A stretch of DNA of 64,000 nt. Source: an uncultured Spirochaetota bacterium. GTDB lineage: Bacteria; Spirochaetota; Brevinematia; Brevinematales; JAOACQ01. Below are positions 9,228 to 19,774 of this stretch, piece after piece. The notes beneath the pieces were generated by a model. The model saw only the letters and a program-made list of their open reading frames with translations. It was not told the origin of the DNA and made no database searches. The stretch lies in the NCBI GenBank assembly GCA_963783575.1, contig CAWAOD010000009.1, positions 576,001 to 640,000 of the forward strand, in the 5' to 3' direction. The position numbers were made by a program, and so were the translations under genes. Numbering within the stretch: position 1 is the first letter of the stretch; the number at the start of each line of letters is the position of its first letter.

Positions 9228-11381
9228 TTGTTTATGAAATGGCTTGTTTTCCTTATTCTTCCACTCCTGCTGAGTGTAACATCCTCACAGTGGAATTATC
9301 CCCAGACAAAAACTGTCGATGTATCTGATAATTATTTCGGTAAGATTTACAAGGATCCTTATCGCTGGCTGGAAAACCTCAAGGATAATGAAGTTGAAGC
9401 ATGGTTCAAAGCGCAGGCTGAATATACGGATAACCTTATGGCTAAGATCCCCGGAAGGGATTCCTTGGTTCAGGAATGGACATCTCTTGATAAACTTAAA
9501 CCTGTGAAGTATTCCTCAATCATATATAAGAACGGCAGGGTCTTTTACAAGAAGACACTGGGCGGTGAGAATGTCGGCAGACTTTTCTTCCGCGAAGGCT
9601 GGAACGGAAGCGAGAAATTACTCTTTGACGCGGCCGGTTACAAAGCCGGTGTTATTACAACAATTCAGAGTTTTATTCCATCATTTGACGGGCAGTATGT
9701 CGTTCTGGGGTTTTCAGCGGGAGGAGCGGAATACTCCGAAGTTCGTGTTCTGGATGTGGATAAGGGCATTCTTTTGCCCGAAAGTATCTATCCGTCATAT
9801 GGGCCTATCGGATGGACACTTGACAGCAGGTCTTTCTTTTATGATGCCGGGAAGGAAACGGATATCAAGAGCCTTGACATTGAGCTGAACCGTAAAACCA
9901 GGCTCCACAAGCTCGGAACAGATGTTGCTTCGGACATCGACTTTTTCAGCGATGAAAGCAGTCCGGAACTTGGAATCGCCCCCGAGGAGATGCCGTCGGC
10001 CTATATCGATGAATCCTACCCCGATTATATCTTCGGTGATGTCAGCACCGTTCAGAATGAGATGAAGGTCTTCTATGTGCCAAATTCCGAATTGGGTAAT
10101 GAAAAAATCAAATGGGATGTATTGTGCAAACCTTCGGACAATCTTGTCAAAGGTTTGGCGTTTTCCGGAGATTATGTATATGCAGTTACTCATACGAATG
10201 CGCCGAAATATAAGGTCATCCGGACGAGTATAAAGCATCCGGACTGGGGCCATGCCGAGATTGTTATTCCTGAAGGGACGAATTCCATAGAATACATTAC
10301 TAAGAGCAAAGACTATCTTTTCATTGTCTTTTCCAATGGAATTCTCAGAAATATAGTGAAATACGACCTTGCTTCCGGTAAATCATCCGGAGTTAAACTG
10401 CCTCTCTCCGGAACAGTTGATATTGAATGCCCGGATTGGCGATCCGATAAATGCCTTGTGAGCATAACCTCATGGATAAACCCGCAGACTCTATACGATT
10501 ATGATGCGGATAAGGAAACGTTCGTGAAGAGCGTCTTCAATACGGAAGTTTTATATCCCGGATTCGATGATCTTGTCACCGAAGAAGTAGAAGTTCCAGG
10601 CCAGGATGGTGTTATGGTACCACTTTCAATCATCTATAAAAAAGGCATACATCTTGACGGGAGCAACAGCTGCATTCTAGAGGGATACGGAGCTTACGGA
10701 ATAAGCTATACGCCGTATTTCAGCATTATACATTCTTCGATCGCTCTTAAGGGTGTTGTTGTGGCATATGCGCATACACGGGGCGGAGGCGAAAAAGGTG
10801 AGGACTGGCATAAAACAGGTTTTAAGACAACCAAGCCGAATACCTGGAAGGATTTTATTTCCTGCGCGGAATACCTTGTGAAGAAAGGTTATACAAGTCC
10901 CGGAAAACTTGGGGGAACTGGAACCAGTGCAGGCGGGATTCTTATCAGCCGGGCAATAACCGAGCGGCCGGATCTATTCGCGGCTGCTGTCTGCAATGTA
11001 GGATGCGCCAATGCAATGCGCCTGGAGTTCTCGCCGAACGGACCGGTCAATACGCCCGAATTCGGCACAGTTAAGGATCCTGTCGAATGCCTGGCTTTAT
11101 ATGAAATGGACGGTGTTCAGCATGTTCAACAAGGTGTGAAATATCCAGCAGTTCTCTGCGTCGGTGGATGGAATGATCCCCGGGTACCATCCTGGCAGCC
11201 GGGAAAATTCGCTGCGGTTTTGCAGAATTCAAGTGCATCCGGGAAACCAGTCCTGATGAAGGTCAATTACGATAACGGCCACTTTACCGAAGAGAAGACC
11301 GTCACTTTTAAGAATTTTGCCGATCAGTATGCATTTCTGCTCTGGCAGACAGGACACTCTGATTTCCAGCCTGAACCGTGA
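9228..11381 (+). CDS. Prolyl oligopeptidase (S9A), exported
   Basis: DPYRWLE, GYGAYG, RGGGEKG, GTSAGG nucleophile, NDPRV and GH triad residues; signal peptide. Confidence 0.92.
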   Translation: MFMKWLVFLILPLLLSVTSSQWNYPQTKTVDVSDNYFGKIYKDPYRWLENLKDNEVEAWFKAQAEYTDNLMAKIPGRDSLVQEWTSLDKLKPVKYSSIIYKNGRVFYKKTLGGENVGRLFFREGWNGSEKLLFDAAGYKAGVITTIQSFIPSFDGQYVVLGFSAGGAEYSEVRVLDVDKGILLPESIYPSYGPIGWTLDSRSFFYDAGKETDIKSLDIELNRKTRLHKLGTDVASDIDFFSDESSPELGIAPEEMPSAYIDESYPDYIFGDVSTVQNEMKVFYVPNSELGNEKIKWDVLCKPSDNLVKGLAFSGDYVYAVTHTNAPKYKVIRTSIKHPDWGHAEIVIPEGTNSIEYITKSKDYLFIVFSNGILRNIVKYDLASGKSSGVKLPLSGTVDIECPDWRSDKCLVSITSWINPQTLYDYDADKETFVKSVFNTEVLYPGFDDLVTEEVEVPGQDGVMVPLSIIYKKGIHLDGSNSCILEGYGAYGISYTPYFSIIHSSIALKGVVVAYAHTRGGGEKGEDWHKTGFKTTKPNTWKDFISCAEYLVKKGYTSPGKLGGTGTSAGGILISRAITERPDLFAAAVCNVGCANAMRLEFSPNGPVNTPEFGTVKDPVECLALYEMDGVQHVQQGVKYPAVLCVGGWNDPRVPSWQPGKFAAVLQNSSASGKPVLMKVNYDNGHFTEEKTVTFKNFADQYAFLLWQTGHSDFQPEP

Positions 11382-11411
11382 TCTGCCAGGTTTAACAGTG
11401 CAAGGTGAATA

Positions 11412-11467
11412 TTAATAAAGAATCCTCAAGGCAGAGCCTTAAGGTATTAAAGTCGGAACAACTGGGA
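11412..11467. repeat. Second dispersed repeat family (GGCARAGCC hairpin), copy 1
   Basis: TTAATAAAG-(A)ATCCTCAAGGCARAGCCTYAAGGTATTAAA shared with 40532-40586. Confidence 0.7.
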
Positions 11468-11580
11468 GCATCTTCTAATGGAATTCTCTCGGCAGAGCTC
11501 GGGATAAACTCTATAGAGCTATACTCAACTTTGTTGCGTAAGGAATCTACACCCGGGTAATGCAGCCTGCCCTTCGATAA

Positions 11581-13199
11581 CAGACTGTGTGAAAACACAG
11601 TAAATATGCTATAATTATTAGAACAAAAATAATCGGAGTAAAAGATGAAGCATATTGAGGGAGAATCAAGGGATCAGATAGTTCTGTTCAATGAAACACT
11701 GGAAGATCTGTTAGGAGAAGAAGATCCGGTAAGGTTTATAGATATTTTTGTTGATAAGCTAAATATGAAAGGAGTTGGTTTTAAAGTAAAAGAAGCATCA
11801 ACCGGCAGAAGTTCATATAAATCCGAAATACTTTTAAAAATCTATATTTACGGATATTTGAATAAAATCAGGACAAGCAGGAAATTAGAGAGAGAGTGCC
11901 GAAGAAACACAGAGTTGATGTGGCTGACTGGACGACTAGCGCCGGATTTCAAGACGATTGCCGACTTCAGGAAAGATAATAAGAAGGGAATACAGTCGAT
12001 ATTCAGAGAATTTTTGAAGATATGTCATAAAGCCGGGCTTTTATCATTTGACGTTGTTGGAATTGATGGAACCAAGATCAGTGCGCAAAACCACAATAAC
12101 AATGTTTATCATAGGAAAAACATAGAAGAAATCATACATAGAATAGATCAAAAGATCGAAGAATATTTGAATGAGATGGATAAGAACGATAAGGAAGAAA
12201 AGAATGAATTTGAATTTCTTTCCGGAAAGATAGCGGAACGTTTAAAGAAAATGAAAACAAAAAAGGATAAAGTTGAGGCTATTAAAAAGATTTTTGAGGG
12301 AAATCCTGAAATGGAGAAATATTATTCAAATGACCCGGAAAGCCGGTTTATGAATGATAAAGGGAAATCCGACATTGCATATAATCTGCAGATGGCAGGA
12401 ATGTGTGACCGAGTAGAAGAAATAAAGGACGAGCTTAAGGTAGAGACTGAAACGGTCAAAGTATCGGATGCCGGTTATTACAGCGAACCGCAGATACTGG
12501 AATGTATAGATAAGGGACATAACGTATATATGCCGAATCCGGATGACGAACATAAGGCAAGGATTCGAGGCAAAGAAGATAATAAAGGAGTACCTGCTGA
12601 AGAATACCAGGTTGATAAATTCAAATATGATCCGGGACAAGATGTTTATTATTGTCCGGAGGGAAACCCATTAGTGAGAAATGGGAAAAAAGTAGAGAAG
12701 GTCAATGGAGGAAAAGAGATAGTCAGGTACAAGTGCGGCTTATGCAGCCAATGTGAAGTAAGAAATAAGTGTACTGAAAGCGTGGAAGGACGAAGTATCA
12801 AAGTACCAGTTAGAAAAGAAGAAATTGAGAACTTCAAGAGGAAAATTCGTTCTGAAGCCGGGAAAAAGATCATAGAGAAAAGGAAAGAGATATGTGAACA
12901 TCCATTTGGATCGATAAAAAGGAATATGGGTTACAGTTATTTTTTAATGAAGGGAAAGGATGGCGTTCTGACGGAATCCAGTTTGGCAGGATTCATTCAT
13001 AATTTAATAAAAGTATTGAATATATTGGGAATAAAGAGACTTATGACTCTGGTTTGATGCTAATAAACCATCGTTTATCGTATTCGGATAGATTTTTTAA
13101 ACTAAGATTTTTTTAGCTTGAAAAATATATCAAAAAATGGAGTTTTTGTATAATTAATCGATTTTACTATAAAATTTTACTGAGTTTTCACACAGTCTG
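11581..13199 (+). mobile_element. IS1182 family insertion sequence
   Basis: Terminal IRs CAGACTGTGTGAAAAC (11581-11596) and GTTTTCACACAGTCTG (13184-13199) flank a DDE transposase. Confidence 0.9.
11645..13057 (+). CDS. IS1182 family transposase (possibly internally deleted)
   Basis: SRKLERECRRNTELMWL, PDFKTIADFRKDN, IDGTKI, DAGYYS, EHPFGSIK, HNL motifs. Confidence 0.9.
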   Translation: MKHIEGESRDQIVLFNETLEDLLGEEDPVRFIDIFVDKLNMKGVGFKVKEASTGRSSYKSEILLKIYIYGYLNKIRTSRKLERECRRNTELMWLTGRLAPDFKTIADFRKDNKKGIQSIFREFLKICHKAGLLSFDVVGIDGTKISAQNHNNNVYHRKNIEEIIHRIDQKIEEYLNEMDKNDKEEKNEFEFLSGKIAERLKKMKTKKDKVEAIKKIFEGNPEMEKYYSNDPESRFMNDKGKSDIAYNLQMAGMCDRVEEIKDELKVETETVKVSDAGYYSEPQILECIDKGHNVYMPNPDDEHKARIRGKEDNKGVPAEEYQVDKFKYDPGQDVYYCPEGNPLVRNGKKVEKVNGGKEIVRYKCGLCSQCEVRNKCTESVEGRSIKVPVRKEEIENFKRKIRSEAGKKIIEKRKEICEHPFGSIKRNMGYSYFLMKGKDGVLTESSLAGFIHNLIKVLNILGIKRLMTLV

Positions 13200-13231
13200 T
13201 TGTCGAAGGAAATCAAACCGGGTCACGCTTG

Positions 13232-14119
13232 TTAAGCATGAGGATGGTGTTTGTTATAGCTTTCTTTAAGCTTATCAATGGTTAAATGAGTATAGATCTG
13301 CGTAGTTGAAAGACTGGCATGCCCCAGGATTTCCTGGATTACCCTTATATTCGCGCCGTTTTGCAGAAGATGCGTGGCAAATGTGTGCCTTAAAGTATGA
13401 GGCGAGACATGCTTTTGAATGGATAATCCATCAATATACCTTTCGATGATATAACGGACCATCCTGTCCTGCATCCTTTTTCCGTTTTTTGTAAGGAAAA
13501 GCGGTAGCTTATCGGTAGCATTTCCAATCAGTTCTTTTCTGTAAGAAAGATATTTCAAAATCATAAGCCGCGTTTTTTCACCTACCGGGACGATTCTCTC
13601 TTTATTACCCTTCCCAATAACTCTTATCACACCCTCTTTATAATCCGCGTCCGGTGTATTCAACCCTGTTAATTCCGATATACGTATCCCGCTTGCATAA
13701 AGCAGTAATATCATGGTTTTATTCCTGAATGATAAAGCGTCTCCTTCCGGAATTGATGATATCAGGGATAATATTTCATCCTTTTCAAGAATATTCGGCA
13801 GGCGTTTTTCCTTTTTCGGCGAAGAAATAAGGGCCGCCGGATTTGAAGTGATAATTCCATTTTTAATAAGATATTTGAAAAATGATTTTATTGATGCCGC
13901 TTTCCTTTCTATACTGGCGGGTTTTAAGTTAATTTTCCCCAGAGAGGAAATATAACGATGAAGGATTCTATAGTTAACATCCTGAATATTGTTTATATTA
14001 GCCCCTGACAAAAAACTCAAAAATTCAATATAGTCGTTTTTGTAAGATTCTATTGTATTTTTAGAGTAACCTTTTTCATACAGAAGATAGGATAGAAACC
14101 GTTCGATAAGTTCAATCAT
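13232..14119 (-). CDS. xerC: Tyrosine recombinase XerC/XerD
   Basis: LYASGIRISEL, GKGNKERIVP, HTLRHTFATHLL, LGHASLSTTQIYTH, C-terminal HPHA; XerC versus XerD not resolvable. Confidence 0.75.
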   Translation of the reverse strand: MIELIERFLSYLLYEKGYSKNTIESYKNDYIEFLSFLSGANINNIQDVNYRILHRYISSLGKINLKPASIERKAASIKSFFKYLIKNGIITSNPAALISSPKKEKRLPNILEKDEILSLISSIPEGDALSFRNKTMILLLYASGIRISELTGLNTPDADYKEGVIRVIGKGNKERIVPVGEKTRLMILKYLSYRKELIGNATDKLPLFLTKNGKRMQDRMVRYIIERYIDGLSIQKHVSPHTLRHTFATHLLQNGANIRVIQEILGHASLSTTQIYTHLTIDKLKESYNKHHPHA

Positions 14120-14171
14120 AATACTAAATCCTGGATTAAAGCTACCTGTACAGATACTATCTGTACAGATA

Positions 14172-15466
14172 CTATCTGTTTAGGAAATCCACTTTGTAAA
14201 CCATGCCTAGGTAAAACCCGAGCGTTGTAAATTCATAATAATTTTGATCTGCAACATATTGGCTATTTGAAACAGTGCCGCTGCCCCCGCTGCCCGAATC
14301 GAAGAAAAATTTTCCTTCGATTCCAAGGCTTCCGAAGAAATAAATGATCGATGTATTAATTGTAGGAATAGTATAGCGAACTTCATTATAATTCATCTTT
14401 GTGGAATTATTTTCACCCGGAGAAGTACTGGTACTTAAACCATAACCCAATACAAGAATTGATGCCGAGAGTTCAAGATTTGACAATGGGTTCCAGATCA
14501 GGTTTATTGATAAAGGAAAAGCAGGTATGCTTGTTGTATCATAATTAAGAACCTGGCTGCTATTAGTGGAAATTTCTGTTAACTGGTTTATATTTTGACT
14601 CCGATCCCAATAGCTACGGTATTGCCGAACCAGGGGAGATAATAGCTTATAAAAACCTGTGTCAATCCGGGTATTCCATCGCGCAAAGCAAGAGAATGCT
14701 CATTAAAACCATAAGACGGCAGGCCGGGTAAATTTGAAAACAGTACATCCAGCCTGAAATCCCAGTATCGGAAAGCGAAACCCATGCAGAGAGCTCCATA
14801 CGGTAATGGACCCTGTAAAGTATTTGTAGTGTTACCGATAAATTGGTTGTTATACCACTGCAAGTTTTTATTCCCGAAATCGGCGAATGCCCCGATTCTT
14901 GTATAAAACATTCTTTTAACTTTTATATTCTGAGTTTCGTATACGGTTTGTCTTTCTTTTTTAATCTTTACCTCGCTTTCCATAGTAAATTCCGGGAGCA
15001 CTTCCTTTATTTTTATAAGCATATCCGCCGAAATTGAATCAATCGTATCAAAAATATCTGCTGTAACGACCCCGGTATAGTATTTCCGCATTTTTAGCTT
15101 ATTCTCCAGAACATCATAAATTTCGGTGATCACAATAAGCTTTTCCCCTTCAATATAATATTCGCCATAGATTATCACATCCGATTGATTTGTGCGTCCG
15201 GCATCCAGCGCGTCCTGATAATTCTCAATATAATAATCAGTATTAGTTGATATTCTGAGATTAAAGTTTTCGGTTTTACTTAACTGGGTAGCGAATGAAC
15301 TTTTAAGCGTCAGGCCGATCGATTTGTCTTTTTTTACGGATAAATCCTTCCAGTTTTCAAGCAGGACATTCCATTTTTCTGCGGGAAATAATATTCCCCG
15401 GTTGACTGATAATAAGCAGAAAATTATACAGGATAATAGCGGTGTCCTTTTAAAATTCATATTCAA
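14172..15466 (-). CDS. Exported protein with TolB_N/FlgO-like N-domain and beta-barrel-like C-domain; frameshift in A-run at 14593-14596
   Basis: DVIIYGEYYIEGEKLIVITEIYDV...DIFDTID; adding one A joins the ORF to 14172-14486, which ends FYLGMVYKVDF. Confidence 0.55.
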
Positions 15467-16700
15467 GCCCCGCGCCCAGATGGATTTGATTTATGCTGAA
15501 ATTCCTCAAATAGAAGTTATTACCGATATCTGCAGGTTTGGGCTGCCCGTTATTTCCCTGATCGTCGGAGTTAAAGGCGGCGGACATAAATGAATAATCC
15601 AGCAATAGTTTCCATTTTTTAAAAATAGTAAAATTAAATAAAATATCTATATACGGTGGACCACTGGAACTGTTTAAGCTAAAGCCGGAAGGCGCTGAAT
15701 TCGCCGTATCCTTAAAATCGAACGAAACACTATTCCAGATTGTAGGAAAAGCGCCTGTAACCATAATATAGTAATCTTTTGTTATATTCAGCTGCAGAGT
15801 AAGAGCAATCAGAAACGCCTGATATGTAACATCGGGAATGTTTATGGAATTGGAGTGATTAGTGCCGTAATCACTATATGAAATTGTAGTATTTGTTTTA
15901 TTCTTAAAATTGGCGTTTTGATAATAAGCGTTTGCTCCCAGGATAATAAGACTTCCGAATAATCCGTAACCAAAACCCCCATATATTGTAGAACTGTATG
16001 ATGGAAGAGTAGTGCCCGTATCTGTTGATCCGCCGAACCCTGCATTCAGGTTCCATTGCCTGTATTTGAACAATAGCTCGGCTATAGCGGACATGGGGTT
16101 GCCTGACAGCTTCATATCATTATCGTAATTATTGCCGTCTGAAGAATTGTATTTAATACGCAACTCAATTTGATTAATACTGATAAAATTTGGAATTATA
16201 CGAATACTGTATGAGGGTTTCAGGCTCTCAAACTCGCTGAGTTTTATTTTGATTGTTTCAATGGTTTTGAGTTCTTTTTTAGGCTTTTCAGGATATTGCT
16301 TTATAAGGTTTGATAAGATTAATCTGGAAACATTATCAATATACCCTGTCAGATTATCTTTTGGGAATACTATTGAGTCTCCCATTAGAACCGGTTTATT
16401 ATCAGCATCATAAAAATTCACGGTATAGAAGCCGTCTTTAAATTCTGTCAGGAGAAGCAGGTTAACATTAAGTTCTTTAATTCCCGTTATTTCAAGATCC
16501 TCTTTATCTCCCGGAAAAATGTATATATTTTTTAAGCCATCCGCCCCACTTAATATACTTTTTTGAAGAATCAGATCAATACTGTAGTTTTCACTGTTCC
16601 TGTCGACCATTATGCCGACTTTTTGAGGTACCAGGTCTTCGCAAAAGGATAGACCGTATATAATGAAGATAAATAGAAGGAGAGCTAATTTGATTTTCAT
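15450..16700 (-). CDS. Putative outer-membrane beta-barrel protein
   Basis: Signal peptide, amphipathic strands, C-terminal GAGLEYEF beta-signal. Confidence 0.55.
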   Translation of the reverse strand: MKIKLALLLFIFIIYGLSFCEDLVPQKVGIMVDRNSENYSIDLILQKSILSGADGLKNIYIFPGDKEDLEITGIKELNVNLLLLTEFKDGFYTVNFYDADNKPVLMGDSIVFPKDNLTGYIDNVSRLILSNLIKQYPEKPKKELKTIETIKIKLSEFESLKPSYSIRIIPNFISINQIELRIKYNSSDGNNYDNDMKLSGNPMSAIAELLFKYRQWNLNAGFGGSTDTGTTLPSYSSTIYGGFGYGLFGSLIILGANAYYQNANFKNKTNTTISYSDYGTNHSNSINIPDVTYQAFLIALTLQLNITKDYYIMVTGAFPTIWNSVSFDFKDTANSAPSGFSLNSSSGPPYIDILFNFTIFKKWKLLLDYSFMSAAFNSDDQGNNGQPKPADIGNNFYLRNFSINQIHLGAGLEYEF

Positions 16701-16770
16701 TATTACCTCTTTCTTCTCTATAAAATAACATCTATGTATAAAAGTTTCAAGTTTTTATATTATACAAATA

Positions 16771-16795
16771 AAAAACGGTATCGATCGATGCCGTT
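16771..16795 (-). terminator. Intrinsic terminator after rlpA
   Basis: Minus strand AACGGCATCGATCGATACCGTTTTT. Confidence 0.55.
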
Positions 16796-16820
16796 ATATT
16801 ATCCAATACCGCTTTTTGTT

Positions 16821-18116
16821 TTATTTTGATTCGACAACCAATCCTTTTATCTTAATTTTTTTTAGTTTTTCCAGCGCTTCTCTGGCTTTCACAGGACTAT
16901 CAAAATAACCTATTCTTACCTTGATCCATCTTTTCCCTTTAACACTGGATTCTGTGGTAAAAACTGTATATCCATTTTTTTTCAGGAGGTCATAAAGTTT
17001 AAGAGCGCTTTCCTCCGATGTAAAGGCACCGGCTTGTATGGCATATTTCACTTCTTTCTTTTCGGGATTTTTATTTAAATTTGTATTAATAAATGTTTCT
17101 CCTTTTAACCCTTTCTCATCGATATTTATTTCGATTTCGTTGGATAATAAAGAATCAGGAGTAACTTCAGATTCGTTAAACAAATCTTTATTTGTCGATT
17201 TGATATTGTTAGATGGAGCGGATGGGGCGGGTATATTAGAAGAAAACTTATTATCTGCCGGTGGTAGCGCGTTAAGTGATGTTAGATCAAGCGGTTCATC
17301 CAGGATAAAGTCTTCTTCATCCTTGATTTTACCTGCATTAAATGCCGTTTTATTGCTATCGCTAAGATCTTTCTCAAGGATTTTTTCTTCATATGGGGGA
17401 ATGGTTTCTATGTTTGTCACGGATATCGGTATCATATTTGTTAAAACTACGGAATTTGTTACATAAACTTCCATAACATTAGTTATAATGATCTTTTTTG
17501 GTTCAGTGCTTGAATCAGTCTTATTCAATGAAACGGAAGCGGAGGGAGTAATAACAGAAGGCGGTGTTACAACCGTTATAGGTGTAACGGCTGCCTTCTG
17601 GTTTATCTGCGGATTAACATCAGGAATTCCTGCGGAAGTGCTTGTCTGTTGATTAGGCGTGTTTGTATTGGAGCCTGCGTTTGCTGTCTCCGGCTTAATA
17701 ATGTTTGTGTCAGTCTGGTTAGAATTCTCAACAACCTTGTTGTCTCCGATTTTTATCAATGTTATTTTGGCATAAACTGTTCCTTTTTTTAGTATGTCAA
17801 GACTTTCTGCGGCTTTTTTAGAGATGTCAAGAATCCTGCTTTCAACAAATGGCCCTCTGTCATTAATTCTTATTCTTATTTTTCTCCCGTTTTCCAGATT
17901 TTCTATATCAAGTATTGTTCCAAAAGGAAGGGTTCGATGAGCGGCTGTCAGATCATCAGGATTATACATTTCCCCGCTTGCCGTCTTTCTACCGGCAAAA
18001 TCATCCCCATACCATGAAACGATCCCGTAAAGATATTTCGGAAATTGAGAATATCCATAATAAACAAAAAATAAACAAAATGCAATTATTAATATGAGGC
18101 CTCTTTTCATTTCCAT
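16821..18116 (-). CDS. rlpA: Septal lytic transglycosylase RlpA with C-terminal SPOR domain
   Basis: SWYG, TAAHRTLPFGT, INDRGPF, ILDIS; C-terminal IQAGAF...VRIGYF SPOR. Confidence 0.9.
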   Translation of the reverse strand: MEMKRGLILIIAFCLFFVYYGYSQFPKYLYGIVSWYGDDFAGRKTASGEMYNPDDLTAAHRTLPFGTILDIENLENGRKIRIRINDRGPFVESRILDISKKAAESLDILKKGTVYAKITLIKIGDNKVVENSNQTDTNIIKPETANAGSNTNTPNQQTSTSAGIPDVNPQINQKAAVTPITVVTPPSVITPSASVSLNKTDSSTEPKKIIITNVMEVYVTNSVVLTNMIPISVTNIETIPPYEEKILEKDLSDSNKTAFNAGKIKDEEDFILDEPLDLTSLNALPPADNKFSSNIPAPSAPSNNIKSTNKDLFNESEVTPDSLLSNEIEINIDEKGLKGETFINTNLNKNPEKKEVKYAIQAGAFTSEESALKLYDLLKKNGYTVFTTESSVKGKRWIKVRIGYFDSPVKAREALEKLKKIKIKGLVVESK

Positions 18117-18340
18117 CCTCCGGATACATGTTATATAATAAATTCATGATAGTGAAGTAATGTTTTACAAAATAACAACTTAGAAAAATAATTTTTATTT
18201 TACCTTATTATATCGGAATTAAAAATAATTTATTTATAAATGCAATATCTTCTTTTTGAAATATACTTTAAGATAAGTACTTTGTTGAACCGAAAATATT
18301 AAAGAAAAATCTAAAATACTTTTAATTGATAAAAGGTTTT

Positions 18341-18736
18341 ATGAAAATTATCAAACCGATAATAACGATAATCATATGTCTGATTATTTTTGATCTGGGA
18401 TGTTCAAAAACAGCCGGAAATAATGTCAAACCGGAGCAAAAGATTCAAAAAAAATCTGCTGTATTAAACAATAATAAATCAGGCTCTTCTTCTACCGGGA
18501 TAAAGGAAATAATTAAACAGAATAAAAATGTCGCTATTACTGAAAATAATCCAATTATAGAAAGAGGAAAGGAAATAAGCATAATAAACCCTGAAAGAAT
18601 AATATATAAAAAAAACAGCAACCTTAATCTAATGAAAAAAATAAAATCCTTAACATTAAATCAGTTAATATGGATCCTTATTATTTTAACGGCGGTTTTG
18701 CTGGGAATTATTCAGATAATCTCTTACAGAAAATAA
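18341..18736 (+). CDS. Hypothetical lipoprotein-like protein with C-terminal TM helix
   Basis: Lipobox-like DLGC after a hydrophobic stretch; C-terminal hydrophobic helix. Confidence 0.45.
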   Translation: MKIIKPIITIIICLIIFDLGCSKTAGNNVKPEQKIQKKSAVLNNNKSGSSSTGIKEIIKQNKNVAITENNPIIERGKEISIINPERIIYKKNSNLNLMKKIKSLTLNQLIWILIILTAVLLGIIQIISYRK

Positions 18737-18761
18737 TTTTCTTTTAATTTTGTCGCTAAAT

Positions 18762-19745
18762 TCACCAGAGCTGGTGAACATCACTCCTGATATACCGGTC
18801 ATAAATATCCGATGCTTTCCTCATAACTTCCGTACTTAAAACAGGCATTTTTTCAGCCGCAAGATTATCATTAACCTGTGCCGGCCTTTTTGCACCTGGA
18901 ATAGCGCAGGTAATTTCCGGAAACATAAGAATCCACCTGAGCGCAAATTGCGCCATTGTAAATCCTGACGGAATTAATTTCTTTAATTCTTCAACAGTTT
19001 GAAGGCCTTTTTCAAAATCCACTCCTGAAAAGGTTTCACCGCGGTCAAAAGCTTCGCCATGACGGTTGAAATTCCTGTGATCGTCCGCTGAAAAACCTGT
19101 ATCGCTGTTCATTTTGCCTGTTAATAATCCGCTGGCAAGGGGAACGCGGGCGATAATCCCGACATTTTTCTTTCTGCATTCGTTAAAAAACAATTCGGCC
19201 GGACGACGCCGGAAAAGATTGAAAATTATCTGAACGCTTTGTACACCCGGGTATTCTATGGCTTTCAAACCCTCCTCAACCTTCTCAACGCTGACTCCAT
19301 AATGTTTTATTTTCCCTTGTTTTACCAGATCGTCCAGAATTTCAAAAACTTCAGGCCGGTAATAAACTTCAGTTGGCGGGCAGTGCAGTTGAACAAGATC
19401 GAGCGAATCCGTATCAAGATTTTTAAGGCTTCTTTCAATAAAAGAAGTCAGATTTTTCCTGTTATAACCTTCGGAATTATGGGGATTAAGCCTTCGGCCG
19501 GCTTTTGTCGCCACAATAAGATTCTCTTTTCTTTCTTTTAGAATTTTTGCAATCAATTTTTCACTGTGTCCGTCGCCATAAACATCGGCGGTATCAATAA
19601 AATTTACCCCGAGGTCAATCGCGCACCGCAACGCGTCAAGCGACTCATCATCTTTGACTTCCCCCCAGGCGCTTCCTATTGCCCAAGCCCCAAAACTTAT
19701 CTCGCTGATCTTCCACCCCGTTTTTCCCAACTCTCGATAATTCAT
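18762..19745 (-). CDS. Aldo/keto reductase
   Basis: DTADVYGDGHSE, ATK, DLVQLH, PLASGLL, IPGAK. Confidence 0.9.
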   Translation of the reverse strand: MNYRELGKTGWKISEISFGAWAIGSAWGEVKDDESLDALRCAIDLGVNFIDTADVYGDGHSEKLIAKILKERKENLIVATKAGRRLNPHNSEGYNRKNLTSFIERSLKNLDTDSLDLVQLHCPPTEVYYRPEVFEILDDLVKQGKIKHYGVSVEKVEEGLKAIEYPGVQSVQIIFNLFRRRPAELFFNECRKKNVGIIARVPLASGLLTGKMNSDTGFSADDHRNFNRHGEAFDRGETFSGVDFEKGLQTVEELKKLIPSGFTMAQFALRWILMFPEITCAIPGAKRPAQVNDNLAAEKMPVLSTEVMRKASDIYDRYIRSDVHQLW

Positions 19746-19774
19746 TTTTCCCTCCGTTTTTTAAATAATTGCAA

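Noticed and set aside
11392..11598. 68-aa minus-strand ORF
   Set aside because: Reads through repeat DNA and the IS end; likely spurious, as are the many antisense ORFs nested in well-supported genes
13232..14119. Recombinase as an integron or phage integrase
   Set aside because: Size and motifs fit housekeeping Xer; no IntI-specific insertion and no adjacent cassettes or phage genes
14146..14179. LexA box upstream of xer
   Set aside because: CTGT and ACAG are present but not in CTGT-N8-ACAG spacing
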